From: Rikenellaceae bacterium
Lineage (GTDB): Bacteria > Bacteroidota > Bacteroidia > Bacteroidales > Rikenellaceae
Direction: 5' to 3'
Assembly: GCA_015059955.1 (NCBI GenBank)
Contig: SUZK01000001.1
Span: forward strand, 204,403-268,402
Length of the DNA stretch: 64,000 nucleotides
Both the position numbers and the translations under genes were made by a program. This document shows positions 26,532 to 36,587 of this stretch, one piece after another. Under the pieces are notes generated by a model. It saw only the letters and a program-made list of their open reading frames with translations. It ran no database searches and was not told the origin of the DNA. Numbering within the stretch: position 1 is the first letter of the stretch; each line of letters starts with the position of its first letter.

Positions 26532-28958
26532 CTAAATCTCTACAACTCCCAAGCCACCAGCGAAGTAGCTGTGGATGTTTACCTTGCCATCGGTGTCGAG
26601 GATGACCATCACAACGATGTCGCCACCATACGAGTCACTATATTTGAGAAGTGCCTCATACTTAGGGTTGAACGAGTTCTCAAGGTCATCGACATACTTG
26701 TATGCCCAGCCCTCCGTTACGGTCTTCACTGAGCCCTTAACCTTGCCTGTCTCGGTGTACTCCGCAAGGTTCGCCTTCACGCGGCTCTCAATCTCATCTA
26801 CCTTGCAGCTTGCAAGGCGCATAAACCATACCGTATCTACGTTTGCGCTGAACGCAATAGCTGTGAGTGTTACGCTAACACGCTCGTCAACCTCGCTGAT
26901 GTCCGAGGCGGTGAGCCTAGCTGTACCAGTACCATTGTAGCTGAGTGAGCCCTCGTCGATAATCTCCTCCATCGTCGTGTAGTAGTCGGTGTCGTAGCCC
27001 GCCATGCGTGTTACGCATACCATCTCACCAGCGCGGCCTGTCGAGTCAACGGCCGAAGCATAGATATAGTAGTCGTCGCCAGGATGGTAGATGTTGATTA
27101 CGGCTGTCGCCACACCATCAACAATCTCGTACTCCTCACGATAGTTCTGATAGCCGTCAGCATCCATCACATATTCAAGGTTTGCAGCATAGGCTGTGTG
27201 GTCAGCCGTAGGTGCTGCGTAGAGGCGTACCTTAGTTGCATTGTTGTCGGGCGTAAGTTTCACGGTCAGTGTCTCGTGCGATGTCTGAGCCTCGATAGTG
27301 GCTGCTGTAATCTTAGCTATGCCCGTAAGCGATGGGCGCTTTGTAGTAAATGTGGTGTAGGCCACCTCACCAATCTTGCCATCTTTGATAGCTATGGCAT
27401 AGGCGTAGTACTCGTGGCCAATTTCAAGACGGTCGTCGAGCATACGGCTGATAGGCTCGGTGTATACAGAAGGTACTGCCAAAGCTGTTGAGGCAAAGAA
27501 GTTCTTTATCTCCTCGTCCGTAGCATCCTCAAACGAGAATGGATTGTCGGCATTATCGCTGGCAATAGCTGGGTCTGTAATACCGATAAGCACTTTACAA
27601 GGCTCATCGGCGGTTACGGTTGCAAATGCCGATGTCTCGGTAATCTCGCCCATCTCGATTGTAATGCCTACGTTGCCGTTAATCTCGGCAGCAGGGATTA
27701 CCACCTCCTCGGTTGTTACATTGTAGTTGCCATCCTTGTCCTCGCCATATACTGCGATGGTGAACGATGTGCCGGGCAGAAGCATAATACCTGCGTTTAT
27801 GGCGCTGTCGGTGCGTGAGTTACGCACGAGGTCCTGCTCCGAGAATGTGCGGCTCTCGGTAGCTGAGTTAAACACAGCAAATGGATAGCTTGGGTCGGGG
27901 TTGAGCGACGCCTGCGCCTGCTCGATAAAGACATTACGGTCGTATGCCGAGGTGTGAACAGCACCCGCTACGTAGCGTACGCAGTGCTCCTTCTTTGTAA
28001 CTACGGCATCGAGTGTGTAGGCCGTAAGGTTCTCGATAGCGATCTCTGCAACTGGGCTGATAACCTTAAACTCTACTACCGTAGGCTCATTTGCAACATC
28101 GGCCTTGTTTACAGCTTCAAATTTGAAGGTGTACGCAGTGCCGTACTCCACCTTGTGGCTGATGCTCGTCTTCTCTGCACCCTCGATTCTTGTAGCATCA
28201 CCGTCGTTTACACTCCAGAACCAGTGGTGGGTATCCTCAGATGGTGTTACCTCGAAGGCAACCTCCATCTTTGCCTCATCGAACTGTGGCTTCGATACGC
28301 TGATGGTAGGTATTGCAACCTCGAAGCAGTACTCCTTGGTTACCTCATCGCTCTTCAGCTCACCGCACTCGGCGTATGCTGATAGCTCATATGTCATATT
28401 CCACTCATAGGGTAGGGTGATGGTCTGCTCGGCATTGCCCTCAACCTTGGTGTACTCGCCCTTTTCGCCATCCTTTATGTTGGCAGTCCAGTACCAATCT
28501 GTCGTGGTCTCTGATGGGGTAATTGTAACCTCTACCTTGTCATCTGCATTGAGCGTAATACCCCCAATTTGGATATATACCTCGCCCTCAGGCATTACCG
28601 AAAACTTCTTCTCGGCCATGTCGCTCTGGCCAGCCTTATTCTCGGCATACGCCTTGATGGTGTACTCCACGCCATACACAACATCGAACTCAATCTCCTT
28701 GGCAACGGCGCTCTCTACCTTTGTGAATGCCTCATCCAAAGTATCTGAGCCACCCTCGACTCTCCAGTACCATGCTGTGGCATCGGTAGAGGGGGCAATC
28801 ATAACCTTGGCCTTCATGGTCTTGGCGTCGAATTCTGGCTCCATGATGCCAATCGTAGGCTTGTTTACAGGAGTCTCCACAGGCTCCTTGTCGCAACTCC
28901 ACGCTGTGAGTGCGATGATGGTTACCATAAATGCGGTAGCTAATTGTCTAAGTTTCAT
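26532..28958 (-). CDS. Large surface lipoprotein with repeated FN3/Ig-like modules (operon gene 8)
   Basis: 808 aa with lipobox IIALTAWSC-DKE. It has three N-terminal about 95-aa repeats, each with a W(Y/F)W motif (ATAWYWRV, TTDWYWTA, THHWFWSV). Confidence 0.7.
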   Translation of the reverse strand: MKLRQLATAFMVTIIALTAWSCDKEPVETPVNKPTIGIMEPEFDAKTMKAKVMIAPSTDATAWYWRVEGGSDTLDEAFTKVESAVAKEIEFDVVYGVEYTIKAYAENKAGQSDMAEKKFSVMPEGEVYIQIGGITLNADDKVEVTITPSETTTDWYWTANIKDGEKGEYTKVEGNAEQTITLPYEWNMTYELSAYAECGELKSDEVTKEYCFEVAIPTISVSKPQFDEAKMEVAFEVTPSEDTHHWFWSVNDGDATRIEGAEKTSISHKVEYGTAYTFKFEAVNKADVANEPTVVEFKVISPVAEIAIENLTAYTLDAVVTKKEHCVRYVAGAVHTSAYDRNVFIEQAQASLNPDPSYPFAVFNSATESRTFSEQDLVRNSRTDSAINAGIMLLPGTSFTIAVYGEDKDGNYNVTTEEVVIPAAEINGNVGITIEMGEITETSAFATVTADEPCKVLIGITDPAIASDNADNPFSFEDATDEEIKNFFASTALAVPSVYTEPISRMLDDRLEIGHEYYAYAIAIKDGKIGEVAYTTFTTKRPSLTGIAKITAATIEAQTSHETLTVKLTPDNNATKVRLYAAPTADHTAYAANLEYVMDADGYQNYREEYEIVDGVATAVINIYHPGDDYYIYASAVDSTGRAGEMVCVTRMAGYDTDYYTTMEEIIDEGSLSYNGTGTARLTASDISEVDERVSVTLTAIAFSANVDTVWFMRLASCKVDEIESRVKANLAEYTETGKVKGSVKTVTEGWAYKYVDDLENSFNPKYEALLKYSDSYGGDIVVMVILDTDGKVNIHSYFAGGLGVVEI

Positions 28959-28970
28959 AATTATATAGTA

Positions 28971-29447
28971 TTATTTGTTAAAGTCTTCGGGTGTATCCAT
29001 CGAGAACTTGAACTCCAAGCATGTGCCTGTCGCTGAGCGCCACTGCATCTTTGAATGTGATGGCATCACTATGTGGTACTCCTCATTCCAATCACCCACG
29101 CCATTGTCGTAGCTACCACTTAGGATATACTCCTCACCCTGCTTGGTGATGGTGTACAAGCCTGTGGTTAGGCGGGGATACATCGAGCCGATGTTGTCCA
29201 ATAGTTTGTATCGATGTAGCTCGGTATCATCCTTCGTCACTATGTTGCTAAACTCTATGAATAGCTCAGTGTCATCGTGCAATACTGCTCCGTTGAGGTG
29301 GGTAAGCTTCCAGCATCCCTCTATTGAGTGGTAGGTTACCTCTACATGGCCTTGTGTCTCATCATCAATGGGCACAGGCTTCTCACACGACACAAGTGTT
29401 ACCATAAGAGCCGTTGCTGCCATTAGTGTAAGTCTAAAAACTTTCAT
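28971..29447 (-). CDS. Small lipocalin-like lipoprotein (operon gene 7)
   Basis: 158 aa with lipobox MVTLVSC-EK and a GCWKLTHLNG-type lipocalin-like signature. 12 nt separate it from the next gene. Confidence 0.55.
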   Translation of the reverse strand: MKVFRLTLMAATALMVTLVSCEKPVPIDDETQGHVEVTYHSIEGCWKLTHLNGAVLHDDTELFIEFSNIVTKDDTELHRYKLLDNIGSMYPRLTTGLYTITKQGEEYILSGSYDNGVGDWNEEYHIVMPSHSKMQWRSATGTCLEFKFSMDTPEDFNK

Positions 29448-29449
29448 AT

Positions 29450-30214
29450 CTATCTCTTTATCGTTACTCGTATTGTTCGCTGTGGGGCACTTGCATCTAT
29501 GCCCTCTACTATTATTGTTGTGTTAAGCTCCATGGCCGACCCGCGGTACTCAACAATGATGTCACCCTCGCTGTGTGGCGCTATGACCTCAGGTATGCTG
29601 TATAGCCGCAGGTGCTCAACATCGGATGTGGCCGTGAGACGTAGTGGGGTAGTCCCACTATTAGCCATCGCTATGCGCTCCCTGCCCTGGCCCTCTATTG
29701 TCACACTGCGACGACTCAATCGTAGCTGCCCCATGCTCTCGGGAAGGTGCGCCCACTCGTCGCTACGCTTAACACTGCCCACAAGGGTAAGTCGCTCGGT
29801 TGGGTGACTCTCGTCAAGTGAGGTGTAGAGGTCTATGTTGTAGGAGAACTTACCATTGCGCCCAGCAGGGTTGAATGTAGCCTCTATTGTCGCCTGCTCG
29901 CCACTCTCTATGACCAGCGGTCGTGTCATCGGCTTCAGGCAGCTGCACGATGTGCGTAACTCCGTGATGGCAATCTTTGATGTGGTAGTGTTGCGCACTA
30001 CGAAGCGTACATCGCACTCCTCGGTGTCGCTTATAGTGCCAACCTCTAACGTGGCGCAGTCGGCCTTGATGGCCCCCGCAGCCTTTGTTGATAGTGCAGG
30101 GTTGACCATGGCGTCGAGGTGTTCGCGGTCGACAGGCTTAAGCACCTGTGCCGATGCCACACCCCCAAGTAGGAGCATGCCACATATAACCATATATGCC
30201 TTATGCCACATCAT
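29450..30214 (-). CDS. DUF1573 domain-containing secreted protein (operon gene 6)
   Basis: 254 aa with an SPI-type signal peptide. LEVGTISDTEECDVRFVVRNTTTSKIAITELRTSCSCLKP matches the DUF1573 pattern (..F.F.N.G..PL.I..V..SC.C..P). Confidence 0.7.
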   Translation of the reverse strand: MMWHKAYMVICGMLLLGGVASAQVLKPVDREHLDAMVNPALSTKAAGAIKADCATLEVGTISDTEECDVRFVVRNTTTSKIAITELRTSCSCLKPMTRPLVIESGEQATIEATFNPAGRNGKFSYNIDLYTSLDESHPTERLTLVGSVKRSDEWAHLPESMGQLRLSRRSVTIEGQGRERIAMANSGTTPLRLTATSDVEHLRLYSIPEVIAPHSEGDIIVEYRGSAMELNTTIIVEGIDASAPQRTIRVTIKR

Positions 30215-30223
30215 CTCGTCTCT

Positions 30224-32272
30224 TTATAGCCATCCATTATCTGAGGCGCCTACGCGCACGGTGATTGTAGCGTAGTGTGTATTACCACCACATACTACCT
30301 CTAATGTTGTCTGTCCGGCGGCGATGCCTGTGATGGTTAATATGTTGTTATTAAGTTCAACCGTGGCAATAGCGCTATTGCCAACTGTTGCATCTGTGGC
30401 GCTCTCTGTGAAGATGTCGCCAAGGTCAATGCTTGTCGAGGTGTCGGGTGCGAGGTAGATGTTTGGAAGTCGCATATCACGACCGCCATTTTCGATAGCC
30501 TTCAATAGTGCCCCTGCATCCGTCAGACGACCCATCTTACCCTTGTACTCCGCGAGGTTCATCTTCGTAGGTGTCGCCCCTGCCGAGTTGTGACGCATGT
30601 AGAAGAGCTTCTCGCCCACGAAGTAGTCATCTATGTCACGCGCCGTATCGTACATTAAGTCGCGGAACTCGCTCCACGTGAAGTGGCGATGCTTCTGCTT
30701 GGCATAAGCGAGGCCGAGTGCCGCAACGCCCGAAACGTGAGGGCATGCCATCGACGTACCCTCGTAATAGCCATAGCCTGCTACGCCGTTGATAACGAGT
30801 GTCGAGTATATCGCACCCTGCTCCTTGAGTATGCCATTCTCGTCGTAGACGTCATCCTCTGCGCCAGGTGTGCCATAGTACTCCATATCACCGCCAGGAG
30901 CTGATAGTAGCACCTCCGAGCCATAGTTAGAGTACGATGCTGGGGTGTAGTCGGCAGCTAAGGCAGCTACCGATATGCACTTCGAGTAGGCGGCAGGAAA
31001 TGATGACTGTGCGGCATACTCGTTGCCCGAAGCGAAGATGGCAAGACCACCGTCTATTACACCGTTAGGTGAGCCTGCGTTGTGTATAAAGTAGTCGAGG
31101 GCCTCCTTCTCAAGAGGGTATATCGCTGCCCACTCCTCCTCGGTAGCGGGACCAGGTATGTATCCCATGATGAGGTTCGACTTCGACGAGTGGTAGCCCC
31201 ATGAGCATTGTAAGATGACAGCACCATTGTCGGCAGCATACTTCATTGCGCGTGCCTCAGCAGCCAACGATGCCGAGTTCATGCCGTCGAAGAGCTGCAA
31301 GGTCATAATCTTGACACCACCACCTTGCTTGCCACCACCAGCGATGCCCGCTACGCCTATGCCGTTGTCGTTAACGGCGGCAATGGTGCCCGCTACGTGG
31401 GTGCCGTGGCCTGTGCTTCCGTTCGATGTCCACGAGGTGATAGGTGTGTTGCGTACAAAGTTGTAGCCATACTTATCGTCTACATAGCCATTGCCGTCGG
31501 CATCGACACCTGCGTTAAGCTCCTCACCCTCGTTTGTCCATATGTTGGCGGCAAGGTCGGGATGACTCCACATAACCGCCTCATCCATAACTGCCACGAT
31601 GATATCCTCGTCGCCTGAGCATAGCTCCCATGCCTCCTTGCAGCCTGCATCACAACCTGCAACAACACCTGCCCACTCCTGGCCGAAGTCGGCCGTACCA
31701 TCGTTGATATAGCACCACTGGCGATATATCTCAGGGTCGTTGAAGGGCCACTCTGTTGTGCGTGTTGCAGCACGGCTGTCGGCCTCAGCGCAGCTTATGA
31801 AGTGTGGCTCTGCCGTAGGGTTATAGGCGCGCTCGATATGGCGGTTACACTGCAACTTATCCACCTCGCCAAGCTTCGATAGGCGCTCCATAGCCGTAGC
31901 AAGATTCTCATCCTTGTCGAAGCGCACGATATACCAAAGGTGTAGTCCATTCTCGCGTGTGCGCTCCTCGTGGCGTGAGTCTACGGGGAAGACGCGCTCG
32001 AAGTGGTAGGCCCCCAGTATATCGAGGACCTCATCTGTCGAGGGTATACCAGAGCGTGTGGCGATGCCGCCCGAGCGTGTCATCGTCTCGTCGAGGATGG
32101 CCTCCATCTCTGGCTTAAACTTGATGATTACCTCACCCTCGGTAGCACCATCTGGTATTGTTGTCTGTGGCGTCGTGGATGGCTGCTCCTCGTTAGGTGC
32201 AATAGTTGTCACCTCCTGGGTACATGCCGCAGCTGCAAACGCCACGGCTATATATAATAGGTATCTCTTCAT
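30224..32272 (-). CDS. S8 family (subtilisin-like) serine peptidase lipoprotein with C-terminal Big_2-like domain (operon gene 5)
   Basis: 682 aa with lipobox FAAAAC. Catalytic triad context VAVMDEAV (Asp), GHGTHVAGTIAA (His) and GTSMACPHVSG (Ser). The C-terminus is ITGIAAGQTTLEVV..ATITV. Confidence 0.9.
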   Translation of the reverse strand: MKRYLLYIAVAFAAAACTQEVTTIAPNEEQPSTTPQTTIPDGATEGEVIIKFKPEMEAILDETMTRSGGIATRSGIPSTDEVLDILGAYHFERVFPVDSRHEERTRENGLHLWYIVRFDKDENLATAMERLSKLGEVDKLQCNRHIERAYNPTAEPHFISCAEADSRAATRTTEWPFNDPEIYRQWCYINDGTADFGQEWAGVVAGCDAGCKEAWELCSGDEDIIVAVMDEAVMWSHPDLAANIWTNEGEELNAGVDADGNGYVDDKYGYNFVRNTPITSWTSNGSTGHGTHVAGTIAAVNDNGIGVAGIAGGGKQGGGVKIMTLQLFDGMNSASLAAEARAMKYAADNGAVILQCSWGYHSSKSNLIMGYIPGPATEEEWAAIYPLEKEALDYFIHNAGSPNGVIDGGLAIFASGNEYAAQSSFPAAYSKCISVAALAADYTPASYSNYGSEVLLSAPGGDMEYYGTPGAEDDVYDENGILKEQGAIYSTLVINGVAGYGYYEGTSMACPHVSGVAALGLAYAKQKHRHFTWSEFRDLMYDTARDIDDYFVGEKLFYMRHNSAGATPTKMNLAEYKGKMGRLTDAGALLKAIENGGRDMRLPNIYLAPDTSTSIDLGDIFTESATDATVGNSAIATVELNNNILTITGIAAGQTTLEVVCGGNTHYATITVRVGASDNGWL

Positions 32273-32278
32273 AGACTG

Positions 32279-33943
32279 TTACTCTATTTCGTCGTTAAAC
32301 TCGTATCGCGAGCGGTATAATGGGTAGGCCTCGAAGTAGTACTCCGTAGATGTTGGGGCATTGGTGAAGCCAGCAACATTACCCTCACTATCGAAGCACT
32401 TCTCCTGCTGAGGGTAGACCAGTAGGTCAGCTGTCCACTCCATAAGGTTGGGATGGTAGAGAAGCCAATCTGGTATCTCGCCGGTCATAAAGTTGAGGTT
32501 GATACGCAGCGCACGCATATTGGGCAGCACACGTGGAAGATTGTTCTCCACAGCCCAACGGAGTGTGTCGCCACGGCTCTCCTCATTGGTGTAGGCTTTG
32601 ATGCCATCCTCGCCAACACGGAACTGGGGTATTGCACCCTCGATGTAGTTGTACGACAGCGATAGCTCCTCAAGCTTATCCCATAGGAATAGACGGCGTA
32701 TGGTGGCATCATCGCGAGTGTTAATATGTAGACCGATGCCCGATGTTGAGCGGCGTAAATCGCTTGTCGAAGAGCGGCGGTTACCTGTAAAGTTGAGCGA
32801 TGTTAGCTGCGGGAAGTTCTCCTCGTTGATGATGGCTGGTATCTGCTCAAAGTTATTGGAGTTAAGGTCCAATACCTCTAACGTATCACCTAACTCAGAG
32901 AAGTTCTTGGGAAGCGACACAAGACCCATAGCGCCGATGCGCAACGCCTTGAGGTAGTCGAGTGTAGCTATCTCGGGGCATAGGTCGATATCCTTGAGCA
33001 TGGTGTTTACGTTGCCATAAAGAGATAATGTCTCAATATATTTGAGATGCTTGACCTCTGCGGGTATGCCATCCTCGGTGTTGAAGTAGCTGAGGTCGAG
33101 GTCACGAACACGGCCAATGGCCTCTGGGCATGGTAGTGACTCATCGTCCGCATCCCATAGGCGCAGACAGACCCACTGAGTCATCGGCTCCTTGTCCGAT
33201 ATTACATTCTCTGCCCAGCACTCCATCTTGTTGTAGATGGTGACTATGGCTAACGAGTCACCTGCGCGGTTATCCTCGATAAGAGGCCCAGCCTGCTGAC
33301 GTATCTTGATACGCGATGGTGCGCTAAGCTGGTCACCCTCCTTGGGTGTAAGCTCTATGGTAGCCTCACGTGTCTCGGGGTCAGAGTTCATATCCCAGTT
33401 GAGGCGTAGACGTGTGGTACGAGGGCGTGCACCACGGTCGAGGTTCAACGAGTAGTCGTTGACCTTTAGCCACTTGGCGTCGGTCGTTGCCTTGAACTCG
33501 ACGTTGGTAGATATCTCTACCTCCACCCAGCGGTCGTCACGTCTTGCGTATGACTCTATCTCCACAATGTCGTCAATGGGGGTTATGCTACGCTCGAAGC
33601 CGAGCTGTGTGACATCTATCTCGCGAAGTATCTTACCTTCAGAGACGAAGCGTATCTTTGATGTACGGCTCTCGTTGAGAAGTGTAGAGTCAACCTTGAT
33701 TATGCACTTCACCTCACCGCGGCCATTGGCTGGTGATATCATAATCCAGGGAGCGTCACTCTGTGCTGTCCACTCATTCTCGGAACGTATGACAATAGAG
33801 TGCTCGCCACCTTCGGCTGCGACAGCCTCTATCGATGTAGCATCACTCTCAAAGCCCTTGTAGGGCGACTCCTCCTCGGTACAGCCAGTGGCGAGCATCG
33901 CCATAGCTATAAACGATATATAGTACTTTCTCATAATCATCAT
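32279..33943 (-). CDS. BACON domain plus leucine-rich-repeat lipoprotein (operon gene 4)
   Basis: 554 aa with lipobox MLATGC-TEEE. The N-terminus is BACON-like (GGEHSIVIRSENEWTAQSDAPWIMISP) and the C-terminal half has LRR units (L..L.L..N.F..IP). Confidence 0.75.
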   Translation of the reverse strand: MMIMRKYYISFIAMAMLATGCTEEESPYKGFESDATSIEAVAAEGGEHSIVIRSENEWTAQSDAPWIMISPANGRGEVKCIIKVDSTLLNESRTSKIRFVSEGKILREIDVTQLGFERSITPIDDIVEIESYARRDDRWVEVEISTNVEFKATTDAKWLKVNDYSLNLDRGARPRTTRLRLNWDMNSDPETREATIELTPKEGDQLSAPSRIKIRQQAGPLIEDNRAGDSLAIVTIYNKMECWAENVISDKEPMTQWVCLRLWDADDESLPCPEAIGRVRDLDLSYFNTEDGIPAEVKHLKYIETLSLYGNVNTMLKDIDLCPEIATLDYLKALRIGAMGLVSLPKNFSELGDTLEVLDLNSNNFEQIPAIINEENFPQLTSLNFTGNRRSSTSDLRRSTSGIGLHINTRDDATIRRLFLWDKLEELSLSYNYIEGAIPQFRVGEDGIKAYTNEESRGDTLRWAVENNLPRVLPNMRALRINLNFMTGEIPDWLLYHPNLMEWTADLLVYPQQEKCFDSEGNVAGFTNAPTSTEYYFEAYPLYRSRYEFNDEIE

Positions 33944-33944
33944 T

Positions 33945-36557
33945 TTAGTCGAGGTTTAGTGCATCACAACCTGTGATATTCTGCGTTGAGTCGTATACAA
34001 GTTCGTAGTGTCCCTTCTCGATATATGGGCATACGTTCGACACATCTATCGAGATATTGGGGTTATCCTTAATCTCGAAGAGTAGGATATGTGGCTCGAT
34101 GACATCATCTACCTTACCGAGGTCGTTAGAGCCGATGTAGAGGGCAGATAACTTCTCACACCTCTTGCCAATGCCCTTGGGCCATGTTCGAAGCGTGCGG
34201 TTACCCTCGTCGTCACGCTGGTGGCGTATGCTCAGCACCGTGAGTCCTGGACAGTCGAGTGGCGCGTCAGGTACCTCCGTGAAGGCATTATTCGAGATGT
34301 CTATGCCGTATAGGTATGGTAGGTTCTCATTGCCAAAGTCGCCATCAGGAAGTTCCGTCAGACGGTTGTAGCTGAGGTCTAAGGTCGATAGTATGTAGCT
34401 CTTAGGGCCTATGAGCGCACCTGCCTCTATCTTGCGTAGGCCGTTGGCGCTGAGCATCAGTACCTCGATGGCAGAGCCTGAGCCTACAAGGCGTGCGGGA
34501 AGCTCCTCGAAGCGGTTATCTGCAAGGTTGAGCGTGCCAGTGTTGATGCCGCTCCACTCGTCACCATTTGCCAATTGCGATATGCGGTTTGACGAGAAGT
34601 TGGCAGTAAGCATGGCGTATACCGAGCGTGCGGTAAAGAGGTCGGGAAGCTCCTCCAGAAGGTTGTTCGAACAAGAGAAGGTCTCCAACTGGCTAAGGCC
34701 ACAGAAGTAGCCATCCTCAGCAGCGTAGATCTTCGTTATGCGGTTGTTGTCGAAGAGAACCGAAGTCAGCGATATCTCCTTGCCGAAGGGGTGTACGGTC
34801 TCCAATTTGTTATTCGTGCAGTCGAGGTAGCCGAGCTTCACCATACGCTTCAAATCCTCATGCTTGGGGGTCTCGGTAAGATTGTTATAGCCGAGGTAGA
34901 GAATCTGCAACTCGCCACCCGAGGCACCATCAATTATTGCATTCCAGTCGCTGAGTAGCTGTTCGCCCGATATGCCATAGTTCATAGCAACGTTGAGCGA
35001 CTGCACCTTGGGAAGGCCCGTAAGTAGCTCCAAGGGGAGTCGTGTCAGCTTCGAGCAGTTGTATATCTCCACATCTAACAACAACTCCATATTCGACCAG
35101 CTCCACGACTGCCACTCGTCGTAGTATGGCGACTCCTCGTCAATCTCGATGAAGAAATCATCGGTGATGGGGGAGTTGGCGATAAATAGCTGCTCAAGTT
35201 TTGTTAGGCGCATCACGGCACGTGATATTCCTGTGATGCCGTTCGTAAGGTTGCCAAAGGCAACATCAAGAGGCTGTGCCACAGGCTCCTCGTCGTAGGG
35301 TGTGCCGAGGTAGGCAGAGCGGAGCGCTGGCGACAGATCCTCGTATACGTTGTGTGCCAACACCTTGTTGTGGTAGTCCATGGCGCAGATGCGGCTTGTT
35401 GCCGTGTCGCTATAACCACCAATAAGCTCGTTGTGGTTACCTAAGTAGAGCGTCTGAAGCTCCGTGAGCTGACCTATGGCATCGGGGACAATGCCCTTAG
35501 CGCCGAAGCCCGAAATGTTGAGACCCACGACGCGGCCATCGCCACCAAGCGTAACACCTGGCTGGTCGCCCCACATATCTATATCCTTGTTGAAGTCCCA
35601 GTTAGCACCTGCAATATACTCCTCGCCATGGAATGTCCAGTTTGGGCCATCCAGTGCAAGCCATATCTCTTTGAGCGCCTCGTAGTCCTTGATATGCTCG
35701 GCTGTTGCCGATAGGTAGATGGGAACATCGACTGTCGTTGTCTGGTTATCCTCGATTGAGAACTCTCGCTTCTGGTCTGCTATCGAGGTCGTCTCGATAC
35801 GATTTCTACCCTTGGCATCCGAGTATGTGGTGTAGGCAGTTATGATGTAGTCGCCTGCCTCAAGCCACTCCTCGCCACCGCATGTCATGTATGATGTCAT
35901 GCCGTTGCGGTCGTATAGCTCCTCGTCCATCGACCCCTCGGTAAACTCCTCGTGGTATGTAGTGACAAGTGCGCTAAACGTTGTCGACTTACGTGTGAAG
36001 GTGTGGCGCACGGTGATGTCTATTGCCTTGATACTCTCAAAGGGGTAGTCTCCCTTGGCGTCGCTACGCGTAAGAGCCTTGTGTAGCGTAAACGATATCT
36101 TTCCTCGCTCCACCGTAGGTACACCCACCTCTTTGATGGTTAGGCCTTGCGCTGTCACGCTAAACGTGCCGCTGTTGCCACCCACGAGTATCTCGTTGTC
36201 GAGGTTGTCGTAGATGTAGTAGCCGATGATGTTGTAGTCGCCAGTCATAAGACGTAGCTTCTCGCTCTGCAAACCCCACTCTGCTGACTCCTTGTCGTAG
36301 CTCGTTACGGGTAGCGTCTGTGTTATTGTCGCACCATCGTGCTGCATGACAACCTTTATCTTGTGGGCATCCGAGAGCCAGTCAAGAGCATCCGTAGCGC
36401 GTGTTGCCGAGCTATCCGTAAGCGGAGCCTTGACAAGGCGGAACTGCACATAGCCGTAGTCGGCATCGTAGCTCTCGCCATGCTCCTCACAGCCGCAAAC
36501 GACGATGGCTGCGACTACGAGAAGTATGCTCCATAATTTATGCAGATTGTTTTTCAT
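33945..36557 (-). CDS. Large leucine-rich-repeat lipoprotein (operon gene 3)
   Basis: 870 aa with lipobox AIVVCGC-EEH. It has a plant-type LRR N-cap-like segment (LKEIWLALDGPNWT...GVTLGGDGRVVGLNISGFGAKGIVPDAIGQLTELQTLYLGNH), then more than 12 LRR units. Confidence 0.75.
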   Translation of the reverse strand: MKNNLHKLWSILLVVAAIVVCGCEEHGESYDADYGYVQFRLVKAPLTDSSATRATDALDWLSDAHKIKVVMQHDGATITQTLPVTSYDKESAEWGLQSEKLRLMTGDYNIIGYYIYDNLDNEILVGGNSGTFSVTAQGLTIKEVGVPTVERGKISFTLHKALTRSDAKGDYPFESIKAIDITVRHTFTRKSTTFSALVTTYHEEFTEGSMDEELYDRNGMTSYMTCGGEEWLEAGDYIITAYTTYSDAKGRNRIETTSIADQKREFSIEDNQTTTVDVPIYLSATAEHIKDYEALKEIWLALDGPNWTFHGEEYIAGANWDFNKDIDMWGDQPGVTLGGDGRVVGLNISGFGAKGIVPDAIGQLTELQTLYLGNHNELIGGYSDTATSRICAMDYHNKVLAHNVYEDLSPALRSAYLGTPYDEEPVAQPLDVAFGNLTNGITGISRAVMRLTKLEQLFIANSPITDDFFIEIDEESPYYDEWQSWSWSNMELLLDVEIYNCSKLTRLPLELLTGLPKVQSLNVAMNYGISGEQLLSDWNAIIDGASGGELQILYLGYNNLTETPKHEDLKRMVKLGYLDCTNNKLETVHPFGKEISLTSVLFDNNRITKIYAAEDGYFCGLSQLETFSCSNNLLEELPDLFTARSVYAMLTANFSSNRISQLANGDEWSGINTGTLNLADNRFEELPARLVGSGSAIEVLMLSANGLRKIEAGALIGPKSYILSTLDLSYNRLTELPDGDFGNENLPYLYGIDISNNAFTEVPDAPLDCPGLTVLSIRHQRDDEGNRTLRTWPKGIGKRCEKLSALYIGSNDLGKVDDVIEPHILLFEIKDNPNISIDVSNVCPYIEKGHYELVYDSTQNITGCDALNLD

Positions 36558-36587
36558 TGTGCTATCAGCTTTGTTTATAGATAGTTG